A stretch of DNA of 64,000 bases from Lingula anatina (Eukaryota > Animalia > Brachiopoda): the NCBI GenBank assembly GCA_051362555.1, contig CM120642.1, positions 29,264,001 through 29,328,000 on the forward strand. Reading direction: 5' to 3'. This document shows positions 36,594-47,894 of this stretch, one piece after another (position 1 is the first letter of the stretch; each line of letters starts with the position of its first letter). The notes beneath the pieces were generated by a model. That model worked only from the letters and a program-made list of their open reading frames with translations, made no database searches and was not told the origin of the DNA. A program made the translations under genes and the position numbers.

Positions 36594-38033
36594 ATGCACA
36601 TTATAACAGTGGACATGTTAGCTTATATGGAAATAATATTAATCATTGCCATGACAACCCAAGCTCTACCACCATGCCCATGGTCTGGCATCTGTATCTG
36701 TAACTCAACTATGAACCAGCCGGTAAATCAAGGTGAGATAAGATACAGTGTCAACTGCACTCTCAGGCGTCTGAAAACCATACCCAACTCCGGAATTTCC
36801 GAATCCCAGCTCACATACGAACTCATCGACTTTTCACACAATAACATCACATTCCTACAAGATGGAGCTTTTCTAGGACTGACTACAGCACAACGGATAG
36901 TCCGCTTGTCTCTGACACACAACCAGATCAGCTACATCCACAGAAATGCTTTCTCTGTCTTGGGGTACATTCTGGATTACCTATTCCTAGATTACAACCA
37001 CCTGACTACAGTCCCTGGAGAGGCAGTGCGTCATCTGGCGGCTCTGTCAGAGCTCCACCTATCCTTCAACCAAATCAAAATGTTCCCTGGGATGACATTT
37101 CAGGGCAACATGGAGAGCCTGGAGGAGCTGAAACTCCAAAACAACCAGTTGACCTCTCTCCCAATCGACGCACTTCAAGGTCTCCCGAATATCTTCCGTG
37201 ACCTGGATATCAGATATAACAATATAAGTACCCTCAACATTTGTACTGTTGCTGGTTTTCCTAACTTACAGTATGTGAAAATGGACGGCAATCAGTTATC
37301 ATGTACATGTGATCTCAAGTGGATGAAAGACAGAGGAGTAAAACTCCAGATTTCAGCGTCAACCCCAGTCTACTGCATACAGGGGGAAAACTTCAGAGCT
37401 TCACCTGAAAACCTTCGGTGCGGTGCTCCTCCTAACTGTGGCTCCTTATCTAACCCTGCCACCACAATGGAACAAACAACCCCAGGCCTGGTGAAAACCA
37501 CCAGTGCTGTTACAATGGCAACTAATGAAAGTTCAGCAACAGGAACCAAAGACAACACAGTTGTAATACATGTTCATGTAATTATTATTTTCTTGGTGAT
37601 TGGGGTGGTGATCATTGTTACAGTGGTCATTGTGGCAGTGGTAGTCATTTGCAGAATAAAACGCAAACAGCAGACCATGACTAACAGAGGTCAAGGCCAA
37701 GCAGAAACAGGAAGTGGAGAATGTGACCCACTTAAAGGTGAAGGTCACCAGATGCCTCCATCGAATTCCAAGACCAACGAGACAGAACCGTTGACGAGAG
37801 AACCTGGGTACGAGCAACCAGTCTCCCATGATGCTTCACCACAGCACGTGTACACACAGCTCCGTACCCTGCCCCATGTGCCAGTCAGTAACGAGGCAGG
37901 AGAGGCACAGTATGAGGTAATGCATTCACCTGACCAGCCAGTGTATGTGAATGATTATAGCTACTGTGACGATGTTGATCCCAATGCTCCTCAAACAGGG
38001 AATAAACCAGAATATTTGGAGTTGTTGCCGTAA
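36594..38033 (+). CDS. Type I transmembrane leucine-rich-repeat protein (signal peptide, LRRNT, about 7 LRRs, LRRCT, S/T-rich stalk, TM, Tyr-motif-rich tail, no TIR or kinase domain)
   Basis: CPWSGICIC...VNCTLRRL N-cap; LxxLxLxxNxL repeats; GNQLSCTCDLKW C-cap; long I/V-rich TM followed by CRIKRK. A splice acceptor at 36536-36537 indicates an upstream non-coding exon. The first ATG is 36594; 36615 and 36627 are alternatives. Confidence 0.93.
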   Translation: MHIITVDMLAYMEIILIIAMTTQALPPCPWSGICICNSTMNQPVNQGEIRYSVNCTLRRLKTIPNSGISESQLTYELIDFSHNNITFLQDGAFLGLTTAQRIVRLSLTHNQISYIHRNAFSVLGYILDYLFLDYNHLTTVPGEAVRHLAALSELHLSFNQIKMFPGMTFQGNMESLEELKLQNNQLTSLPIDALQGLPNIFRDLDIRYNNISTLNICTVAGFPNLQYVKMDGNQLSCTCDLKWMKDRGVKLQISASTPVYCIQGENFRASPENLRCGAPPNCGSLSNPATTMEQTTPGLVKTTSAVTMATNESSATGTKDNTVVIHVHVIIIFLVIGVVIIVTVVIVAVVVICRIKRKQQTMTNRGQGQAETGSGECDPLKGEGHQMPPSNSKTNETEPLTREPGYEQPVSHDASPQHVYTQLRTLPHVPVSNEAGEAQYEVMHSPDQPVYVNDYSYCDDVDPNAPQTGNKPEYLELLP

Positions 38034-39244
38034 CAAGTTGCAAAATTCTGATTTAACTTATGGTTTGCATGGGAAATAAACAAGGCAGCACAGCTGTTAG
38101 ATGGACAGACATACATATATAAATGGCGAAACTAATTCAAGCAGTGACATTAAAACAGTGTAAAAATGCAGTTAAAATATTTTTTGGGCAATCTTAGTAT
38201 ATATATGTATATAATGCTGAACAGCATTATCATGACCAATTTTAAATCATGTACTACTGTTCACAGCCAACATGGGCACACACACAAAATAATAATAATA
38301 AAAAAAAAAAAATTTAAAATAAATAATTCAATCAGGCTGGTCTTTGATCTGAAGCTGTATTTTAGCTCTCTAAGTTTGAGAAAAATAAGTGCCGTAACAT
38401 TTTCACTTTAATGGTGTTGAGATAAATTCCAGGAAAGTGCAAGGTAACTGTGATGCTAAGATTGACTGTGATGCTAACAGAGGCAACAGACGCAAGTGAT
38501 GACTTCATGCCTACACACATAGGGGCTATATATCTACAAGGCAGCAAAGCTGTCAAATGTACAGACAAAAAACAGAAAAAAAAAGATGCAAAATAGGTCA
38601 TTTTGTCAATTTTGATGCAATAATAAATGCTTATAATAGCACAGTCAGTCAACGCTGTTTTTTCATCTTGCACAACAGGTAACATGGTCAATAACAGGAG
38701 CAGATGCAGAGATATTTTCTGACAGTATTCCAAAGTATCTTTGTTGATCCATCTTCCATTTTGATGGTCTTCCAACAGAAACTCGTTAATATAAACTTTA
38801 AAATCTGACTGTCTTCCAGGAGACCCAGAAGATGGTCTCATTCCACCCCTTCAATAAGATTACAGTTTCAGGACCATGAGAGTTAAAATTCACATGATAA
38901 AAGTCCCAATATATGAAAAATGATGACAATGCATAAAATAATATTACAGCATGTTTAAAGACATAAATACCAATACAACTGCTTATGTGGAAATACTGAA
39001 AATGTGCATGCAGAGCCTCAGGTGGATGGGAGTTAAAAATCACATCTTAAAAATGCCAGTGTTGGAGAAAAAATTAAAAAGAAAACAACAAAAATATAAT
39101 TCCAATGAATCTGCTATTCACTGCTTCCTTATTATGGACACTATGTTATCTAGCAGAGAGCTTAACCTTTGGGAGTTTACAGGGAAATATCAACAAGTGT
39201 GCTTTATGAAATTTCATTTAATGGCCGCTTAATTAGGCAAATTA

Positions 39245-42200
39245 CAGTAAAGTGCCATGAATTTAGAACGGCTCTTGAATTTCGAACGATCTTAAAATCG
39301 GCCGTCTGGAGTTTTTTCTGGACCATAAATTTCGGCCAGTAAGCAATTTTGCGCGATCTTCATTTCGTGAATTTCGTACACCTTAAAATCGGCCACCGGG
39401 CTATTCTCGCGCTTATAAAGTTCTAACAGTCGGCAATGTTGCCCTAGCATACCTTTACCTGAGTACTACGTGTGCGGCCCAAGGTGCAAGTTAACGATCA
39501 GTACAGTTAGTTTAGGACGCTAAACAACATTGTCATATCCATTCATTCAGATAACAGAAGAATCTATTAAGAGTTGTACTGTCGGGCTGTTGTTTCTTTA
39601 CCGCAGTATTCGGTGTGAGATAGCGATCGGTAGTTTTGCTGAGGCGAACAATAGCATTGTTAACAGTAGAGACTTCAGTAACAGAACAAAAGAGCAATAT
39701 TAAGAGCTGCAATAAAGATTACCATTATTGCTTTCTTGTCTCGCTCAGATCGTTCACGATCTCCCGCTGACGATCTTCTGCTAATGAAGTCCCTTGAAAT
39801 GTACAAATGAAATGAAAAATATTTTTAAAAATCATAAATTCCAATGGGGAGGGATGGAGGGTTAAAAACAATCGAGAACGATCTCCGGCTGACGATCTGC
39901 CGCAAACGAAAGCCACTGAACGAGTATGAGCTTTCTCGTTTCACTCGGATTGCGACGCTGACGATACGAAAATTGCGTTCTCGTCTTGCCCTTTGGCTTA
40001 CGAAGTCTCTTTAACAAATATGAAAATTGCCTCCTGGTCTCTCTCGGATTGCGAACGACCTCTCGCTGAAAATTTGAAATTTTCCTTTTTGTCAATCAGC
40101 TTTGTCAGTTGCCGTGCGTATGAAGGTCCGGAAGGTGTCCAATTTCACAAATTGGCCTGTAGTTTGCTTAGTGTTTTGTACCGCATGAAGGTCACTCTTG
40201 TCACTGCTGCATACGGCGTGGAATGTGTATCTTAAAGTTCATAGAAACATTTTATTGTGTTTTGTAAGCTTTAGGAACTAGTTTCGTCGTGACTGAATAT
40301 CAGCGTACACTACAAAGTAGTACCATTCATCTGTGACGCATCATAAAAGCTAGGTACGTCAAATTACTCTAAGAAAATTTCTTACAACGTCCACGGCTGT
40401 CCCGACAAGCCAAGACGTCATTAAAAAAAGTCGCAAGCCGTCTAGCCGTCTTTGAAAATATAGGCCATCCGGTGATGTCAGCGGCCGTCCAAATTGCCTT
40501 GCTCATAAGGGTATATTTATTTAACAAGGGGCTTACTGACTTCACCCAGCTTACATGCGGGTGCATGCCTCCCAAAATTATATTAAAGGATAAAATTGTA
40601 ATATATCTAAGTTTAATTGTTTGTAAATTTTGTAAAAATTGCCCATGTCACCCCGTTAGTTTGGAGGGTTAAGCTGGATCAAGTCCGTGTCAAAATTCTT
40701 TGAAACTTTGCAGGAAAAATCACTCTTCCTTTGTTTCTCTGGCTCCTTGTTTAGCCCGATGATCAGATTTATCTAGTGCCCCCAGGTCTGCTGGAGGAGC
40801 TCTTTGAAATAACACACAGGTAGATTTTTATCTGAGATAAATATCGCGTTCGATACACTCAAGACAAAAGCTACCTGTGAGCTGAAGGGCACTTTACCCT
40901 CTAATTAAGAGGTAAAGCAAGTTCCAGCTAGATGGACGATTAAGATCGGACTTCAGATGGTAACTAGTATTGTTTACCTCAGTTCTGTGAAAGCAAACGA
41001 GAAGGGTGTCAGAACAATGGTGCATATATAAATTATACAGAGAATTTGTACATTCAGGTGACATTAACTTATAATCGAAGGGGATTTTCGATAATATTCC
41101 TTGAAAAGTACACTAGATTAATAGAGAATAATATCATGGTTGGCCAAAAAATTATATACGCACAGTGTATCCGTGCGTATGCCTGGTTACGCCCCTGTCG
41201 CAAACCAGCAAACCATATCCTGCTGACTACATGAAAATTGCCATCTAGCATGGACAAAAAGTCCAAGCTTCTATGCTTGCTCGGATCGCTGACGATCTCT
41301 TGCTGACGAATATAGTAACGAAGTCCCTTGAACTAGTGTGGAAATTGGCTTATTGTCGCGCTCAGATCGCTCACTATCTCCCATTGACGATCTTCCAGTC
41401 CCTTGAACGAATATAAAAACTGCCTTTTCGGTTTACTCTAGATTACCTCGCGTTTGTTTGAAGATGGTTTCAATGACAAAACGTACACGCTTTTCAAATG
41501 CGTACATTGACGCAACTATGCGCCAGGAAATTAGTTGCTGCTGCTGGTTAAGATTGGGTTGCCTGAGCGAAAAAAAAAAAAAACCGCCCTGCACACCCCC
41601 CCCCCCCCCCCAAACCTAGTATATTTGATCGCAGACAACAATCAGCGGTCATCTTGGTCGCAGCGCACGACGGAGAGAGACCGTAATACACAGTAATACA
41701 CAGTTCGGCGAAGGCTACCTGTGCGCCGCACATACCGATCTGCGGTCGTAGTAGCCTTCCTGCACGGAGGAGAGGCCGTAGTGCCGAGGCCGGCTTCTGC
41801 AGGGAAGGCTACGTATGCGTCGGAGAAACCGACCCGCGAACGGCGAGATGAGGACGCATTCGCGTGTAAAGCTCCGCCCGACTTTAACGGTAAAGGCAAC
41901 GAACCTGGTCGCGGAAGACACTTATCGCAGATGAAGGCTACCTGCACGTGCGCCATAGACACTGATCGGCTGTCGTCTCAGTTTCAGTGCACGGAAAGGA
42001 GCAACGGTAACACTAAGCTTCCATAGTAAAGGTTATCTGGCCGTGGCAGACGCTAATCGTCGGCCGTCTCTCCCTCCGTCCACTCCCGTTCTGAGCGCCA
42101 GGATCGTTTTTGAAAAACGACACTAGTTTCTGGCTGCCAGAATCGCTTTTGAAAAACGACACTACTGATAACGATGCTGTTTTGCGGCCCTAGACAACAG

Positions 42201-42484
42201 TACCGCTCTATCTATGGGCCATACACAGTGATCGGGTGAAAGTACGTGTATACCTTTGGTCGCAATTACCGACACTCACACAATCATACATTATGGTAAC
42301 TCTAAATAGATCGTCGGGAGAAGGCCTAGCGACGAACAGACAACTTCCGGTCAAAATTGACAGAATTCCATGAAATTCGAACTTTTGGAAGTTCTGAGCA
42401 CCTCCATTTCATGAATTTCGGCCAGAACGATCTTTTCCCAAATTTAATTATTTTCTACTGTTCGAAATTCATGGCACATTACCG
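39245..42484. mobile_element. 3.24-kb non-autonomous TIR DNA transposon with TA TSD (Tc1/mariner-pogo-like)
   Basis: TA at 39243-39244 and 42485-42486. Left end CAGTAAAGTGCCATGAATTTAGAAC; right end reverse-complements to CGGTAATGTGCCATGAATTTCGAAC. Empty sites are present in the paralogous host repeats at about 45505-45530 and 48040-48065. No transposase ORF was recognised. Confidence 0.85.
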
Positions 42485-45400
42485 TAGTTTATAGCACTGA
42501 AATTAGCCAAGTGAATACCCAAGGGGAATTTACAGACTGACCACACAAATTTGTCTATTAAAGGTCTTCAGGCCCATAAGTCACACCTTAAGAAAAGCAG
42601 AAAACAATAATGCACAAAATAAAACAGGAGACTGCCAATTCTGATGCAATAATACATTATGTTTAACTGCACAGCCAACATCAAATTTTAATTATGCACA
42701 ACAGGTAACACTGATGAAAGTAAAATGCTGAAAATTTTGAAAAAAAAAACATCATAACTTCCCTAAAATTGGCCGGATTATGCTGAATTTCGAACTTGAC
42801 CTGCATATTATGAATATGTATCAGTTCTGTAAGTTTCAAGCCAAAAAGTAAAACGGTATTTCACTTATCGTGTTATCGGTGCTACATAAATGCTGAAAAA
42901 AGTGAAACAAGACAGCACTGCTCTGAAATGGGTTTGTTTCCATTTTTAAGACTTTTTTAACATAAAACAAAATAAACAGTTTACTGCCATTTTTATATGA
43001 CCAACTAAGAAAATTGATGAGATGGAAAAAATATCAATAAGACAGTGTTATATGTCCAATTTCCTCCATTATGAGATTCTGAACATAGTGGATGATTGAA
43101 TCTGACAAACTGCAATAATATGTGTTTATTTCCATTTTTGACACTTTATTACACAATACATGATAACAAGTTTACCATCATTTTTACAAAATCAACTAAC
43201 AATGTTGTAAAGATGCAGGAAATGCCAAACAAACACATTTAAGTATCTTATTAGTTCAATAATGAGACTGTTAACATGCCTAAGAATTGAATGTGAGGAA
43301 ATGTGAAAAAACAGCATAACTTCTAAAATAATGGACCGATTATGCTGATTTTCCAACTCAACCTGCGTTTTAGTAAGATTTGCCACTCCTGTGAGTATAA
43401 TGACAATTGGCCTATCTGTTTTTCTTATATTGTGTTATCAGTGTTGCATATATGCTGAAAAAAAGTGAAAAAATAGCCTAAATTCACTAAAAATGACCCA
43501 ATCATGCTGATTTTCAAACTTGATCTGCGTATTATAAATATTCATCAGTTCTGTAAGTTTCAAGCCAAAGGGTAAAACAGCTTTTCATTTATTGTGTTAT
43601 CGGTGCTGCATATATGCTGAAAAAAGAGAAAAAATAGCCTAAATTCACTAAAAATCACCTAATCACGCTGATTTTCGAAATTGACCTGCATATTATGAAT
43701 ATTCATCAGTTCTGTAAGTTTCAAGCCAAAAGGTAAAATGGTTTTCCACTTATCGTGTTATCGGTGATGCCTATATGCTGAAAAAAGTGAAAAAACAGCA
43801 TAAATTCCCTATAAGTGACCCGATCATGCTGATTTTCGAACTTGACCTGCGTATTATGAATATTTATCAGTTCTGTAAGTTTCAAGCCAAAAGAAAAAAC
43901 AGTTTTCCACTTATCCTGTTATCGGTAAAAGTGCACGGCGATGACGGCAACGACGGCGACGATGGCAACGACGGCGACGGCGACGACAGACGCAGATGAC
44001 GGCTATATGTACAGACACATCTGTGTCTGTACATAAAAATAGCATAACTTCCACAAATATGGCCCGATCATGCTGATATTCGAACTTGACCTGTGTATTA
44101 AGCATATTCATCGGTTCTATAAGGTTCAACACAAAAGGTAATACGGTTTTTCATTTATCGTGTTATCGGTGTTGCATTTATGCTGAGAAAAATGAAAAAA
44201 AAGCATAACTTCCACAAATATGGCCCGATCATGCCGATTTTCAACTTGACCTGCGTATTATGAATATTCATCAGTTTTGTAAGTTTCAAGCCAAAAAGTA
44301 AAATGGTTTTCCACTTATTGTGTTATCGGTGCTGCATATATGCTGAAAAAAGTGAAAAAACAGCATAACTTCCCTACAAGTGACCCGATCATGCTGCTTT
44401 TCAAACTTGACCTGCGTATTATAAATTTTTATTAATTCTGTAAGTTTCAAGCTGAAATGAAAAACAGTTTTCCACTTATCGTGTTATCGGTAAAAGTGCA
44501 CGGCAACGACGGCGACGGCGACGACGGCGACGACAGACGCAGGTGATGGCTATATGTACAGACACATCTGTGTCTGTACATAAAAACAGCATAATTTTAA
44601 ATTTGTAAAAATAGTCCAATCAAGCCAATTTTCGAACTTGACCTGCGTATTATGAATATTCATCAGTTCTGTAAGTTTCAAGCCAAAAGGTAAAATGGTT
44701 TTCCACTTATCGTGTTATCAGTGCTGCATATATGCTGAGAAAATGCAGAAAATGGTTCATTTTGTTAATTTTGATGCAATAATAAATCATGCCTACAATA
44801 GCACTGTCAATCAACACTGAATTTTAATCATGCACAACAGGTGACATCGTCAATAACAGGAGCGGATCCAGAGATATTTTCTGACAGTATTCCAAATTAT
44901 CTTTGTTGATCCATCCTACATTTTTGATGGTCTTCCAACAGAAAAAAACAGACACCCATCAATATGAACTTTAAAATCTGAAAGACCCAGAAGACGGCCT
45001 CAATCCACCCCTGCAATAAGATTACAGTTTCAGGACCAAATTCACATAATGAAAATCCCAATATTTGAATAATGATGACAATGCATAAAATAATATTACA
45101 TAATGTTTAAAGACATAAAAACCAATGCAACTGTTTATGTGGAAATACAGAGAATGTGAAGAGCTTCAGGTGGATGGGAGCTGAAAATGCCAGTGTTTGA
45201 ATAATAAATTAAAAAGAAAACACAACAAAAATATCCCATTAAAGCTGCTATTTAAACTTTTAATCTTGCTGTAATAACATGATATGAATAACCCCAATGT
45301 GTTTGAGGATAATAAGGCACTGTTATTCAAATATATTTTTTTTCTTTTGTTAACTTATTTGCAATACTAAACAACATTTACCTGCATAATTATCACAGAT

Positions 45401-47535
45401 TCCTAATTATGTGACACAGTTAAGAGAGCTTAACCTATGGGACTTTACTGGGAAATCTCAACGTGTGTTATATGTAATCTTATTTAATGGGCACTTGGAA
45501 ATTAATTAGGCAAATGATTTTATAGCTCTTAATTTAGCTTGTGACTACCCCAAGGGACAATTACCACCATCCATAAACAGTAGCCCCATATAGCACTCTA
45601 TAGAGCTGCATTGCTTCCAGAACAGAAAACAATCACTCTGATTTTCCAACACAAACTGCATGTCAGTCTTACAAAACTTTTCAGTAAGTTTGAGTATCAT
45701 AAGTAACATGGTTTTTCCTTAATGGTCATTCCGGCAGCCATTTCCAAAATAGGGTTTTCTTCAACTTTTATGCAATATAACATAATGACCATCAATTTTT
45801 AATAATAAAATAAAAGTATCATGGATATACAGAAAATGTGACATGGAAAGGTCTTCAAGGCCATGGAAGTTCAGAGTCACACTTTCAAAATGCCAAAATG
45901 TACCTGTATACAAGAGATAACTGTATTGAATTGATTTTCTTCCATTTTCAACACCTTTTTTTCATATAACAAAGTAATCAATTTACTGTCATTTTTAAAT
46001 GAACTACTGAGAAAATTGTTGACATAGGAAAAATATCAATAGAACAATTTTAAATGTCCAGTTTGCTCCATTCTGAGATTCTGAACATGGTGAATGATTG
46101 AATTTGACAAACTGTAAAGATATGAGTTTATTATTATTTCTATTTTTTGACACTTTATTACACAATTACAGGTTTACCATCTTTTTTATATAATCAACTA
46201 ACAATATTGTTAAGATGCAGAAAATGTCAAAAGAACACCTTTACATATCTAATTAGTTCACAGATGAGATTGTTAACATGCCTAAGAATTAAATCAAAGG
46301 AAAAAACACTTATATACAAAAAAGGCATAACTTCACCAGAACTGAACCAATAGAGCTAATTTTCGAACTCCATCTGTATTTCAGTAAGACTGATCACCCC
46401 TGTAAATTTCAAGACAATTGGCCAATTGATTTTCTTGAAATGCGTTATCGGTATTGCATACATGCTAAAAAAAGTAAAAAAAAAAACAGCATAACTTCCA
46501 TAAAATTGGTCCAATCACGCTGATTTTCAAACTTGACCTGTGTATTATGAATAGTCATCAGTTCTGTAAGTTTCAAGCCAAAAGGTAAAACGGTTTTTCA
46601 CTTATCGTGTTATCAGTGTTGCATATATGCTTAAAAAAAATGAAAAAAGAGCATAACTTCCATAAAAATGCCCCGATCATGCTGATTTTCAAACTTGACC
46701 TGTGTATTATGAATAGTCATCAGTTCTGTAAGTTTCAAGCCAAAAGGTAAAACGGTTTTTCACTTATCGTGTTATCAGTGTTGCATATATGCTTAAAAAA
46801 AATGAAAAAAGAGCATAACTTCCATAAAAATGCCCCGATCATGCTGATTTTCGAACTTGACCTGCGTATTATGTATATTCATTAGTTCCATAAGTTTCAA
46901 GCCAAAAGGTAAAACGGTTTTTCACTTATCGTGTTATCGGTGTTGCATATATGCTGAAAAAAGTGAACAAGGCAGCAAAGCTGTCAAATGTACAGACAAA
47001 AAACAGAAAATAAAGATGCAAAAAAGGTCATTTTGTCAATTTTGATGCAATAATAAATAATGCTTATAATAGCACTGTCAGTCAACACTGAATTTTAATC
47101 TTGCACAACAGGTAACATGGTCAATAACAGGAGCGGACCCAGAGATATTTTCTGACAGTATTACAAAGTATCTATGTTGATCCATCCTCCATTTTGATGG
47201 TCTTCCAACAGAAAAAAATAGATACCAGTCAATATAAACTTAATAACCTGACTGTCTTCCGGAAGACCCAGAAGATGGTCTCAATCCACCCCTTCAATAA
47301 GATTACAGTTTCAGGACCATGAGAGTTCAAATTCACATTATGAAAGTCTCAATATTTGAAAAATGATGACAGTGCATAAAATAATATTACATAATGTTTA
47401 AAGACATAAAAAACAATACAACTGCTTATGTAGAAATACAGAAAATGTGCAGAGCCCCAGGCAGATGAGAGCCTGCCTGGGGCTAAAAGTCACAAATGCA
47501 AGTGTTTGAGAAAAAATTATAAAGAAAAACAACAA

Positions 47536-47770
47536 AACTAGAAAAGCACTTTGAGAGTGCAGACCTCTGCCAAGGCAGCAATTGTTGATTATTATTGATA
47601 ATTGATTGATTATTGATCCGGACCACCACCAAAAATTAATCATTGTCCTCTTTGGCCCACTTCCGACAGTTCCTGAAAATTTCTGCAAAATCAGTCCATA
47701 ACTTTTTGTGTTATGTGGATGACAGACAAACAGGGGTGAAAATATAACCTCCTTGGCAGAGCTTGAGGTA
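47536..47770 (+). mobile_element. Short (about 235 bp) second-family HINE inserted in the larger element
   Basis: Starts AACTAGA. Subterminal inverted repeat CTCTGCCAAGG (47565-47575) / CCTTGGCAGAG (47751-47761), a short GACAGACAAACA tract, and an ACCTC...GAGGT 3' hairpin. Absent from the paralogous site at about 39085-39100. Inserted in an A run with no TSD. Confidence 0.8.
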
Positions 47771-47817
47771 AATATAATTTCAATGAAGCTGCTATTCAAA
47801 CTTTTAATCTTCCAGTT

Positions 47818-47818
<1 letters not shown>

Positions 47819-47891
<73 letters not shown>
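47819..47891 (+). repeat. (TA)n microsatellite
   Basis: Directly visible, about 36 units. Confidence 0.95.

Positions 47892-47894
<3 letters not shown>

Noticed and set aside
39245-42484. Transposase or captured gene within the TIR elements (ORFs at 40369-40575, 41642-42026, 58766-59460)
   Set aside because: No DDE/DDD, HTH or zinc-finger motif was recognisable; the ORFs are short and overlap internal repeats
43775-43999. ORF MLKKVKKQHKFPISDP... (also 50694-51053 with poly-Arg, 46857-47045 and reverse-strand versions)
   Set aside because: Chance open frames across the 161-bp unit and GACGGC microsatellite; the copies end in different frames
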